A DNA stretch of 37,836 bases from an uncultured bacterium (GCA_964549305.1 CAZJVM010000022.1:1-37836); one strand, 5' to 3'; shown: positions 27,373-36,343, numbered from the stretch's first letter. Numbers and translations: made by a program. The notes: generated by a model from the sequence alone, not told the origin.

Positions 27373-28869
27373 ATGGAAAAGATATTCTTTATAACAGGCG
27401 CCACAGGGTTGCTTGGAAGCAGACTCGCTTATAACCTTATCTCGTCGGGTTATAAAACAATCTGTCTTTCACGGTCAAAGGACAACGAAGACGCGTACAA
27501 TCGTGTGCTAAAGAGCGTTTCCTTTTGGAGTGAAGAGGGTCTTCATAGATACAAAGACAATCTGGAGATAATAGAGGGCGACATTGAAAAGAAAAATCTC
27601 GGACTCCACAGGGAGACAATAGCACGCCTCGGAAATATCCGCCCCGTTGTCATACACTGCGCGGCTTGTACATCCTTTGATTTGCGCGACAGGGACTCCC
27701 TTTTCAAAACCAACCTCGAGGGCACCATAAACGCCACAGACGCGGCGCGCCTTTTTTCGGCATCCCAATTCAATCACATAAGCACGGCATATGTGGCGGG
27801 CAACTGCGATGATATATTTTCCGAAAATGATTTTGACGTGGGACAATCCTTTAAAAACGCCTATGAGTCATCTAAATTCGAAGCTGAAAAAGCAGTGAGA
27901 AAGTTCGGAGAAGAAACAGGGATTCAGGCATTGATATTCCGCCCTTCAATAATAATGGGAGACCACTCATCGGGAAAAACATTTAACTTCAACGCCATAT
28001 ACACATACTTAAGGGTCATCAACGCCATAAAGGGCAGAGGAATAGAAAAAAAAGAGGGCGAAATCAGATTTGAATGCAGAAAAGATGTCGTAAAAAACAT
28101 CATTCCCATAGATTACGCGGCAGACTCCGTTTCAAAAATCATACTTTCATCTGATGAAGATTCACCGCAAACATATCACATAACAAATCCGGGTCCTCCG
28201 TCATTTTCAGGGCTTAATGATTCTATTCACAGAATTCTTTCCGTAAATCCTCTTAATCTTGTGGAATCGCTTTCAGATAACGGAGATAAATCTTCTAAAA
28301 CTGAATTGCTTTTAAAAAACGCAATGAAGTCATATCGCCCCTACCTTTTTCACGAACCGCTTTTCGCCTCGATGCGCACCAATACGATTCTCGAAGAAAA
28401 AGGAATCTTCTTTCCTCAAATCGACGAAGCATACTACAAACGAATAGTTGACTTTTTTACAAAGAGGCACTCACATAATCTTCCGGAAAGAAGCGGCATA
28501 ATAAAGATTTTCGAGCTAAAAATGCGTCTTTCGGTCGGAAGCGAAATAATCCCCAATCTTAAGTCGCTAACGAAAGACTTCATACTTTGTATAAGCGATA
28601 TCGGTGTGACTTATTATATGAGCGTAGAAAATGGCAGGCTTGTGAAATTCGCTGTAAATGAATCCCCTGAAAAAGCGGTATTCAAGTTTATCACCTCTTG
28701 CGACACATTCGAAAAACTTCTCCTAATGAAAGTAGGTCCTCAGGAGGCATTTTTCAAAAAGCTTGTCCGAATTGAAGGCTCGGTTATCGATGCGCTCTCT
28801 CTTTCAACGGTTTTCGAAGAATTTTTCGCACTTTTCAATAAAGAGACAAATGCATCCCAAATGGTTTGA
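27373..28869 (+). CDS. Extended SDR (fatty acyl-CoA/thioester reductase-type) fused to a C-terminal SCP2-like lipid-binding domain
   Basis: Motifs ITGATGLLG, IHCAA, N.EGT, HISTAYVAG, YESSK (YxxxK), RPSII.G; C-terminus ...FEKLLLMKVGPQEAFFKKLVRIEGSV fits the SCP2 pattern. Confidence 0.8.
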   Translation: MEKIFFITGATGLLGSRLAYNLISSGYKTICLSRSKDNEDAYNRVLKSVSFWSEEGLHRYKDNLEIIEGDIEKKNLGLHRETIARLGNIRPVVIHCAACTSFDLRDRDSLFKTNLEGTINATDAARLFSASQFNHISTAYVAGNCDDIFSENDFDVGQSFKNAYESSKFEAEKAVRKFGEETGIQALIFRPSIIMGDHSSGKTFNFNAIYTYLRVINAIKGRGIEKKEGEIRFECRKDVVKNIIPIDYAADSVSKIILSSDEDSPQTYHITNPGPPSFSGLNDSIHRILSVNPLNLVESLSDNGDKSSKTELLLKNAMKSYRPYLFHEPLFASMRTNTILEEKGIFFPQIDEAYYKRIVDFFTKRHSHNLPERSGIIKIFELKMRLSVGSEIIPNLKSLTKDFILCISDIGVTYYMSVENGRLVKFAVNESPEKAVFKFITSCDTFEKLLLMKVGPQEAFFKKLVRIEGSVIDALSLSTVFEEFFALFNKETNASQMV

Positions 28870-29947
28870 CATAAGCACAGACGAGTGGATTCGCCATATC
28901 ACGGAAATCCATTTTCATCCCGAAGAAGGCGCGCCCTACTGGCTGAAATTTCAGAAGGAGCGCGGCATAGATGCCTTGCGCGAAATAAGACGCGCCGATG
29001 ACCTTATAAAACTGGGTCCTATGGATGAAAAAGAGCTTGCCCGAATTCCCGTGGAAGAATTCATTCCGAAGCGTTTTATGAAGGACAAATCGCGGATTCT
29101 CACAGCGGAAACGGGAGGCACAACGGGAGTTGTAAAGAATACGGCGTATTCCATCGGGGAATTCAGATATGCCTTCTCTGATTTCTTTCATAAGGTCGCG
29201 TCCGGGCGAAACTTTCCCGGCAACCTTAACTGGCTTTTTGTGGCGCCTTCGGGACCTCACATCATATACCGCTCGGCAATCGAGATGGCAAAATCATTTG
29301 GAGCAATGTCACCCTTTGCAGTTGATTTCGATCCGAGATGGGTAAAAAAATTGAACCCCGGTTCACTCCCCTTTAAACGATACAAGGCGCATATTCTGGA
29401 GCAGGCGCTTAGAATAATACATACTCAAAATATCGGAATTCTTTTTACCACTCCCGACATCGCCCTGAACATTGCCGAAGAGTTGAAACCGCGTACGCGC
29501 GAATTGATAAAGGGAATTCATCTCGGCGGACTTCCGGTTTTTCCCCATATTTACGAAAAACTGTCGGGGCTTTTCCCGTCGGCAGTCATTATACCGGGCT
29601 ACGGTAATACCCTTTTCGGGCTTACGCTCGAAGTCAAACATCCTGACAGGGATTACAATGTCACCTACTATCCTCCGGGTCCGCGGCTGATAATCGACAT
29701 TCTCAAGCTGTCAGACAACAAAGGTCCCGCGACGCTTGAAAAAACCGATTACGGTGAAAGAGGGCGTGTAGCTTTTCACCGCCTTGATGAAATATTTTTC
29801 ATCCCCAACCTCATAGAAAGAGATGAAGCGGAACGCGCCGAACCGGAATCTGTCTGTACCTGGAAAGCGGGCTCGCAGGACGGAATCAGAAACCCCGCGC
29901 CTTCGCGGGATAAAAAAGAAATAACCATTAAGGAGGGATTATATTGA
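28850..29947 (+). CDS. EhpF/GriC-type adenylate-forming aryl-carboxylate activating enzyme (PaaK-like ANL fold)
   Basis: Motifs HF.PE.GAPYW, ETGGTTG, PSGPH, VDFDPRWVKK, LFTTP, LGG, YGNT, YGERGRV, ERD.A.R and terminal EGLY match my recollection of the EhpF/GriC family. ATG 28850 overlaps the SDR gene end and gives 365 aa. Confidence 0.8.
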   Translation: MHPKWFDISTDEWIRHITEIHFHPEEGAPYWLKFQKERGIDALREIRRADDLIKLGPMDEKELARIPVEEFIPKRFMKDKSRILTAETGGTTGVVKNTAYSIGEFRYAFSDFFHKVASGRNFPGNLNWLFVAPSGPHIIYRSAIEMAKSFGAMSPFAVDFDPRWVKKLNPGSLPFKRYKAHILEQALRIIHTQNIGILFTTPDIALNIAEELKPRTRELIKGIHLGGLPVFPHIYEKLSGLFPSAVIIPGYGNTLFGLTLEVKHPDRDYNVTYYPPGPRLIIDILKLSDNKGPATLEKTDYGERGRVAFHRLDEIFFIPNLIERDEAERAEPESVCTWKAGSQDGIRNPAPSRDKKEITIKEGLY

Positions 29948-30540
29948 AAAGGGCATTAAGGGCTTTACTTCTGACGGCATTGTTTCTGTCATCGATTATA
30001 ATAACTTCCGCGCGATGTGAAACCGTGCGTTACGATTTTGACTCTTCTTCGAGCAAAATTGTTTTTCACGGCAGGTCCACCCTGCACGCATTTGAGGGCA
30101 TAGTTGAGGAGGTTTCCGGATTTGCCGGGGGCGACACGCAATATATCGAGAGGTCCTCAAACGGTGAATTTCACGTGAAAGTGGAATCGATGAAATGCGA
30201 AAGTGAAAAGATGAATAAAAATATGCTCGAAGACCTGGAATCCGAAAAATTCCCTTCCATAGATTTTGTACTCTCGGACACAAGTGTGCTAAAATCTCCT
30301 GATGAGGAAAAGCAATATTACCTTGCAAGCATTACGGGTAACCTGAGTATTCACGGCGAAACAAAAAAAATAACCTTCCCCGCGGAAGTGGAGATGAATG
30401 AAAAGGATTTCAATCTGCGGGCTACTGTGCCTCTTTCTCTTGCAGACTTTGACATAAAGCCGAAAACTCTGCTCTTTTTCATAAGAGTCAAGGATGATAT
30501 AACTCTTGATATAAACCTTCACGGGAAAAGGAATCAATAA
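29944..30540 (+). CDS. YceI-family periplasmic lipid/polyisoprenoid-binding protein
   Basis: Signal peptide; S.I.F.G.STLH.FEG, LESEKFP.I.F, G.L.IHG.TK, DF.I.P, V.D.I; TTGA overlap with the upstream stop; AAGGAGG RBS. Confidence 0.85.
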   Translation: MKRALRALLLTALFLSSIIITSARCETVRYDFDSSSSKIVFHGRSTLHAFEGIVEEVSGFAGGDTQYIERSSNGEFHVKVESMKCESEKMNKNMLEDLESEKFPSIDFVLSDTSVLKSPDEEKQYYLASITGNLSIHGETKKITFPAEVEMNEKDFNLRATVPLSLADFDIKPKTLLFFIRVKDDITLDINLHGKRNQ

Positions 30541-30543
30541 ATA

Positions 30544-31209
30544 TTGGAAGAAAAACTTTTTCTGGACAATAATGGAATCCCTCTCGAGGGAATTCTTTCC
30601 TATCCCGAAAACACATCTGAAGAGAAACCCGTTGCCATATTTCCTCCCCATCCGAAATTAGGCGGAAACATTGAAAACAATGTTGTAACTGCCCTATCAT
30701 CGTCGCTTAGCGACGCGGGCTTTTTAACAGGAAGATTCAACTACCGCGGAGTGGGCAAAAGCGGAATGGAAATTGAAAATACCACGCTCTTCGACTATTG
30801 GGAGAACCTCGACTCCTCGGGAGATTTTACGAATATAATTTCCGATGCTGCAATCATAACGGATAAATTGATGAAGGTTTCTTCTGCCAAAACCCTTTGC
30901 CTTGCAGGTTATTCTTTTGGCACGAGGATTGCCGCGGAATTTTGCGAAAAATCCTTCACTGAAAAAGCGGTATTCATATCTCCCCCCCTCTCCTTTTACG
31001 ATTATTCATTCCTCTCCTGTTTCAAAGGAAGCGCGCTCTTCATAATCGCGGAAAACGACATATGTCTCAGCGAAGACGAGTTAATATCCTTTATTGATAA
31101 AACCGGAATAAAGGGCAAAATCAAAGTAATAGACGGCGAAGACCATTTTTACAGGGAAAGCGAAGAAAAAATCGCGAAGCTTGCCGTGAATTTTTTACAA
31201 GAGGGCTAA
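30544..31209 (+). CDS. Alpha/beta hydrolase
   Basis: Motifs PHPKLGGNIENNVV, RFNYRGVGKS, nucleophile GYSFG, END and DHFY (Ser-Asp-His triad). Confidence 0.85.
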   Translation: MEEKLFLDNNGIPLEGILSYPENTSEEKPVAIFPPHPKLGGNIENNVVTALSSSLSDAGFLTGRFNYRGVGKSGMEIENTTLFDYWENLDSSGDFTNIISDAAIITDKLMKVSSAKTLCLAGYSFGTRIAAEFCEKSFTEKAVFISPPLSFYDYSFLSCFKGSALFIIAENDICLSEDELISFIDKTGIKGKIKVIDGEDHFYRESEEKIAKLAVNFLQEG

Positions 31210-31239
31210 AACCCTGCAGATAATTTTTAATTAATTCAT

Positions 31240-31995
31240 ATGGCGTCAATCAATATAAAAGATCTGGTTAAAAGTTATAACGACAGGCGCGCCCTCGACT
31301 GCCTCAATATGGAAATCCGAAGCGGTGAAATAATGGGGCTTTTGGGCCCAAACGGCGCGGGCAAAACAACGCTTCTCTCCATCCTCTCCGCTGTATTCAC
31401 TCAGGATAGCGGCACAGTTGATATTGTTGAAAAAAAGGGATTTTCCGGCACTCCCGCGGATTTCAAACAGAATACAGGAATTGTCCCCCAGGATATTTCA
31501 CTTTACGGAGATTTCAACTCTATTGAAAATATCGTTTTCTTCTCGAGGATGTACGGAAAGGGAGGAAAATCTCTCAGAGATAAAACTTCAGAGCTTCTTT
31601 CCCTGGCAGGACTTGAAAAGCGGAGCAGGGAAAGGATTAAAAATCTCTCCGGAGGAATGAAAAGACGGCTCAATTTCGTTTGCGGTCTGGTAAATTCTCC
31701 TTCTCTTGTCCTGCTCGACGAACCCACGGTCGGTGTTGACCCGCAGTCGCGCGAACACATATACTCCATGGTACGACGCCTTAGAGATGAAGGGGTGACG
31801 GTCATTCTTGCAACACACTATATGTTCGAAGCGGAAACACTGTGCGACAGGATTGCCGTTATGGACAGGGGAAAAGTTCTAATGGTGCACACTGCCGATG
31901 AATATATGTCTCTTTTCGGAGAAAAGCTGGGACTTGAAGGAATCAATATGGAAAAGATTTTTCTTCACATAACGGGGAAAGAACTTCGGGATTGA
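31240..31995 (+). CDS. ABC exporter ATP-binding protein (ABC-2/drug-resistance type)
   Basis: Motifs GPNGAGKTT, LSGGMKRRLN, LDEPTVGVDPQSR, THYM.EAE.LCDR and ITGKELRD. Confidence 0.92.
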   Translation: MASINIKDLVKSYNDRRALDCLNMEIRSGEIMGLLGPNGAGKTTLLSILSAVFTQDSGTVDIVEKKGFSGTPADFKQNTGIVPQDISLYGDFNSIENIVFFSRMYGKGGKSLRDKTSELLSLAGLEKRSRERIKNLSGGMKRRLNFVCGLVNSPSLVLLDEPTVGVDPQSREHIYSMVRRLRDEGVTVILATHYMFEAETLCDRIAVMDRGKVLMVHTADEYMSLFGEKLGLEGINMEKIFLHITGKELRD

Positions 31996-31996
31996 A

Positions 31997-33220
31997 ATGG
32001 TCAAACTTTTTTACATAGTCCTCAAAGAGCTGAAACTTCTCGCAAGGGACAAGACATCGCTCATCCTCATGACTGCCGTACCCATTGTCGTAATCTCCGT
32101 GGCAGGACTGGCATTGAGCGGACTTTACGGAAAATCAGGCACGGGAGTGAAGATTTATATTCCCGTTGCAGACCTCGACAACAGGGAGTTTTCCTCTATT
32201 TTGCCTGAAATTCTTGAAAAAAGCGGACTCTTTACAATAGAAAAAGTATCTGAAGAGGAAGCATACGCCCTTGTGAGGGATAAGAACAAAGCGGCAGCAG
32301 CAATAATAATTAAGCGGGGATTTTCAAAAAACTGCATTACCGGAGGTGTGCCTGAAATAAAACTGATAACCGACCCCGCAAAAGCTCTCGAAATATCAAC
32401 CGTAAAGAGCGCTCTCAGGGAATTCGAAATTCGCCTGTCTTCAGCACTTCAAAAAATAAGGGGCATGAAATCATCTTCGCTTCCCCTTCTGCTTTCTCTC
32501 AACCCTTCGCTCATTGAAACAAAATTCAGGTCGCTTATTAAAAAGGAATCCGCGTCATCGGTAAAAATTGTCGAGGAAAACCTTACGGGAATAAAAAAGA
32601 ATCTGAACTCATTCGACCAGAATGTTCCGGGATTCAGCATAATGTTTGCAATGTTCGGAATGCTATACGGCTTTTCGGAAAGTATTTTCAGGGAAAGAGA
32701 TGAAGACAATACCATAAGGCGTTTTCTCTCATCTCCGGCAGGTTTCTCATCTTTTCTTCTCGGAAAACTCATATCAAAAATAATAACGGGATTTATCCAA
32801 CTTGCCATACTTTTTGCCTTCGGACATTTTGTTTTCCATATGTCGCTGGGAAATTCATTGGCGGGAATGGCAACGGCTATTCTCGGAATCTCATTCGCTT
32901 CCGCGTCAATCGGGCTTCTCGTTTCGAGCCTTTCGGATACGCGCGAGCAGGCGCGCTCTCTCGGCACACTGGTAATTCTCACACTTGCGGGTCTTGGCGG
33001 ATGCTGGTGGCCTCTTTTTATAGAACCTTCATGGATGCAGAAGCTTTCACTTCTTGCAATGCCCGCGTGGGGGATGAACTGCTTTTATAACTTTATGCTG
33101 AGAGGCAAAGGAATCGCGGAAACTGCTTATTACCTTGGCGGACTCTATCTTTATGCCGTAATCGCCCTTGTCGCGGGAATGATAATTTTTTCACGCTGGG
33201 ATGAAAGGCGACTCCTTTGA
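31997..33220 (+). CDS. ABC-2 type exporter permease
   Basis: KELK...RD, one TM plus large extracytoplasmic loop, PGFSIMF, LGGCWWP, PSWMQ, five C-terminal TMs. Confidence 0.9.
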   Translation: MVKLFYIVLKELKLLARDKTSLILMTAVPIVVISVAGLALSGLYGKSGTGVKIYIPVADLDNREFSSILPEILEKSGLFTIEKVSEEEAYALVRDKNKAAAAIIIKRGFSKNCITGGVPEIKLITDPAKALEISTVKSALREFEIRLSSALQKIRGMKSSSLPLLLSLNPSLIETKFRSLIKKESASSVKIVEENLTGIKKNLNSFDQNVPGFSIMFAMFGMLYGFSESIFRERDEDNTIRRFLSSPAGFSSFLLGKLISKIITGFIQLAILFAFGHFVFHMSLGNSLAGMATAILGISFASASIGLLVSSLSDTREQARSLGTLVILTLAGLGGCWWPLFIEPSWMQKLSLLAMPAWGMNCFYNFMLRGKGIAETAYYLGGLYLYAVIALVAGMIIFSRWDERRLL

Positions 33221-33279
33221 TATAGATTATTAAACAAGTTAAGGTATCTCTTTATCGCGTTTTCTCTTCCCATCCCATA

Positions 33280-33288
33280 TGCTATAAT
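33280..33288 (+). promoter_or_regulatory. Extended -10 promoter upstream of ecfT
   Basis: TGCTATAAT (TGnTATAAT) 30 bp before ATG 33319. Confidence 0.55.
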
Positions 33289-33318
33289 CAAATTCATAAT
33301 TTCAAGAGCTCATAAATA

Positions 33319-34098
33319 ATGGACTATTTTCTCTACAAGGACAACGATTCGCCTGTTAACGGGCTTGACCCCCGAACGAAGATTTTTATTCTCGCAATCT
33401 CTTTTCTCCTTTCACTTCTTTTCCAGCATCCTCTTTACAACTCGGCAGTCCTTCTCCTGATTATCTGTTACGGCATAATGGGAAAAGCGACTGGAAGCAT
33501 CAAAGTGATATGGAAAATGATATTGGTGATTTCAATCCTTTCTGTACTCATCTGGACATTCTCACTCGGAGGGAAAACTCCGCTATTCTGGAAAATACGC
33601 CTCGAACCCCTTCTTTACGGAATTGCCGCGGCAATTAAGATAAACTCGATGATTATAGCGGGCCTTATTTTCCTCACCACAACGCGAAATGAAGACATAA
33701 GCCTGGGACTTATAAAACTGGGACTTCCCTACCGAATCGGCTTCGCCTTTTCAACTGCCCTGAGACTCGTGCCTACATTTATCGGTACGGCAATGACAGT
33801 GATTCAGGCGCAGAAGGCGCGCGGATTCGACCCTTTTACGGGAAGCATAATTGAAAGAATCAGGAAGTTTGTCCCTCTCCTGGGTCCCGTATTTCTCCTT
33901 ACGCTGAGAAGCGCGGACACTCTTTCCCTTGCCCTTGAGTCAAGGGGATTTTCCATAAGGGAAAAAAGGACTTTTTACAGGATGATAAATATAGACACAA
34001 AGGATATTATCTTTCTTTCGGTTACGGCAATTCTTCTTTTCGCGGCAATATGGATTAAGTTTACCGGCGCGGGAAACCTCGAAGGTATTATAAGGTAA
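33319..34098 (+). CDS. ecfT: ECF transporter transmembrane T component
   Basis: Motifs DS....LDPRTK, TT...D, ALR.VP and the two Arg motifs AQKARG and ALESRGF. Confidence 0.92.
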   Translation: MDYFLYKDNDSPVNGLDPRTKIFILAISFLLSLLFQHPLYNSAVLLLIICYGIMGKATGSIKVIWKMILVISILSVLIWTFSLGGKTPLFWKIRLEPLLYGIAAAIKINSMIIAGLIFLTTTRNEDISLGLIKLGLPYRIGFAFSTALRLVPTFIGTAMTVIQAQKARGFDPFTGSIIERIRKFVPLLGPVFLLTLRSADTLSLALESRGFSIREKRTFYRMINIDTKDIIFLSVTAILLFAAIWIKFTGAGNLEGIIR

Positions 34099-34103
34099 CC
34101 GAA

Positions 34104-35813
34104 TTACTCATCGGTATATTTTTTTTTACCGCGTTTTCTCAACGCTTCAAACATCACATCTATCCTTCTGTCCGCAATCCCTCTTATCAATGCTTCATCG
34201 AGAACACTCTTTGCTTCATCATACCTGCCGCTTTGCGCCAAAGTGCCCGCCAATCCCGCATATGCCGGGAAATAATTCTTGTCGGCTTCAATTGCACTCT
34301 TAAGGAGTTTTTCCGATTTTTCGTAATTACCTTCCTTCCTGTAAAGATTTCCTGCCCTTGTAAGCAAATCCGCGTCATTGTCCCTGATTTGAAGAGCGCT
34401 CTCATATTCTTTCAGCGCGGCATCGGACTTTCCTTCTTCTCTGAATATTTCACCGAGATTTGAGTGCGCTTTCCAGTTTTTCGCGTCTAAAGCGACTGCC
34501 CTTATAAATTCGACTTTTGCCTTCAGCACATTGCCTTTCGAATAATATGAATTCCCAAGGTTATTCCTGATTGCCGAAACACCGGGATAGCGTGAAACGG
34601 CGTATTCCCAAAGCGCGGCACTGTCCTTCCATATTGAAGACTGCATAACCGAAATCACAAAAAAGAAGAGAGCGACAAGGAATACTGCCGCAGGTGATAA
34701 TCTTTTCTTTGCCGGGGCAATCCTCTTACCAGTTCGCGCTTTCTCTAAATCCGTAAAATACTTTGTCACACACACGATTACAAACGATGGAAGGAAAAGA
34801 TACCTGTCAGCTTTTGAAATACTTATAGGTATTATTCCCGATACAGGCAGTATGGAAGCTACAAACCATAGTGTAAAAAAACCGGATAATTTACCGCCCT
34901 TTTTCAGAATAAGAAAAAGCGCGAGAACAAATACGATAAAAACTATAATGCTTTTAGCGGAGATTTCATCAGAAAGCATTCTCTCCTCATAAAGAGGGCT
35001 TAAGTTGAAGGGAAGAAATAATTTTTTAACATACCAGAGTAAAAGCGAAGGGAACTCCAACAGCGCTTTCAGGGACTTGCCTATATCCCATTCCTTCACA
35101 GTCCCTTTCCCGACACCGATTACAATTGTTGTAATGGTAATGAGAAAAGAGAGGATAAAAAAAGGAATCACCGCCATATATTGTTTTGCCTTTTCCGATG
35201 AGGCGGGATGTGAATATATCAGCAAAAAAACCAAATAAAGGGGAATTACAACCGACACCGGTTTTGACAACAGCGCGAACAGCGACGCGAGAAGCGATAT
35301 ACAATAGAATCTGGCAAACCGTCTTTTGTTTCCTTCGTCAAAGGCCTTCAAAAAGAAAATCAGCGCCGTAAAAATAAATATTCCGCTCAGCAGGTCTTTT
35401 CGCGCGGAAATCCAGCAGACAATTTCCGCGTGGGAAGGATGAAGGGCGAAGAGGAATACTCCGAGAAACGCCGTGTTTGCCTCCCCTGTAATTCTTTTTG
35501 AGAAATAAAAAACCGCAACAATGAAAATTATATACAGAAGGAGATTCGTAAGATGATAGCCAAAAGGGTTTTCCCTCCAGATTGCGTAATCAACGGCATA
35601 TGATATTTCCTTCAGCGGAAGATAGTCAGGGCCCGTTGTCTGCGTAAACACCCTTTTCAGCATGGCACCGTCCAAATGTTGAATTGTCCTGTTTTCGACC
35701 ACAAGGGCAATGTCGTCCCAATTGGTAAATTGGAAACTGAGCGCGCCCGAATAGCAGACTGCCGTAAACAGAATTATTATGAGCAGATATGTAGCGTTGG
35801 TCTTGTTAACCAT
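34104..35813 (-). CDS. GT-C membrane glycosyltransferase with C-terminal TPRs (TMTC-like)
   Basis: Motifs F.NWDD...V.N, Y.PL, GYHLTN, FALHP.H.E.V.WISARKD, ADRYLFLP, W.DS..LW, then TPR repeats (NNLG, HSNLG). Confidence 0.82.
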   Translation of the reverse strand: MVNKTNATYLLIIILFTAVCYSGALSFQFTNWDDIALVVENRTIQHLDGAMLKRVFTQTTGPDYLPLKEISYAVDYAIWRENPFGYHLTNLLLYIIFIVAVFYFSKRITGEANTAFLGVFLFALHPSHAEIVCWISARKDLLSGIFIFTALIFFLKAFDEGNKRRFARFYCISLLASLFALLSKPVSVVIPLYLVFLLIYSHPASSEKAKQYMAVIPFFILSFLITITTIVIGVGKGTVKEWDIGKSLKALLEFPSLLLWYVKKLFLPFNLSPLYEERMLSDEISAKSIIVFIVFVLALFLILKKGGKLSGFFTLWFVASILPVSGIIPISISKADRYLFLPSFVIVCVTKYFTDLEKARTGKRIAPAKKRLSPAAVFLVALFFFVISVMQSSIWKDSAALWEYAVSRYPGVSAIRNNLGNSYYSKGNVLKAKVEFIRAVALDAKNWKAHSNLGEIFREEGKSDAALKEYESALQIRDNDADLLTRAGNLYRKEGNYEKSEKLLKSAIEADKNYFPAYAGLAGTLAQSGRYDEAKSVLDEALIRGIADRRIDVMFEALRKRGKKKYTDE

Positions 35814-35950
35814 ATTGCCGAATTTGAGTTTCTTTTATCTTACCATATCTCGGCAAAGGGGTCAGTTATCAATCATTGTAATTTCGATTTTTGATCTTTT
35901 TTCTCTCCTTTCAGGCAGATTATTTTTTTGAGAGGAGTTCAATTCCCTTT

Positions 35951-35980
35951 TTGACATTCTCCCACTCATTTGCTTATAAT
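35951..35980 (+). promoter_or_regulatory. Consensus sigma70 promoter
   Basis: TTGACA-N18-TATAAT. Confidence 0.75.
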
Positions 35981-36010
35981 CTCCCGAAAAAACGGAGGAA
36001 ATATAATAAT

Positions 36011-36343
36011 ATGAAAAGAATTTTAATAATTCTCATTGTTGCGTTTCTATTGATAACGCCTGCCTTAAGCATTGCCGAAGAAGAGATACCTCTTGCGGGA
36101 AAACAGCAGGAGGAGGTTAAAAAACCGGGGGGCATTACTCCCTGCCTTATATCTGTTTTTATAAGTCCCCGTGCCGCGTTTGAATACAATGAAGGCAGGA
36201 AAATAAGGACAAGTGAAAAATTCTGTCTCTCCGGAATACTCGCCCCCATAGTGTTGCTTCTCGACGGTATCGATGCCTTTCGCGGAAAAACTATGTCTGA
36301 AATCGTTGTTGAAGAAGATTTGGATGAGAATGTGGTGAAATAA
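36011..36343 (+). CDS. Hypothetical exported or membrane protein (110 aa)
   Basis: GGAGG upstream; signal peptide MKRILIILIVAFLLITPALSIA; consensus promoter. ATG 36011 preferred over 35891. Confidence 0.65.
   Translation: MKRILIILIVAFLLITPALSIAEEEIPLAGKQQEEVKKPGGITPCLISVFISPRAAFEYNEGRKIRTSEKFCLSGILAPIVLLLDGIDAFRGKTMSEIVVEEDLDENVVK

Noticed and set aside
26182-33220. Calling the operon a phenazine or ubiquinone (ubiTUV) cluster
   Set aside because: No phz core genes in the window; only one U32 gene with a different Cys pattern, and SCP2 is fused to an SDR.
22322-33318. Autonomous mobile element (prophage, ICE or transposon)
   Set aside because: No integrase, transposase, tRNA or long terminal repeats; only a weak AT-rich 9-bp repeat.
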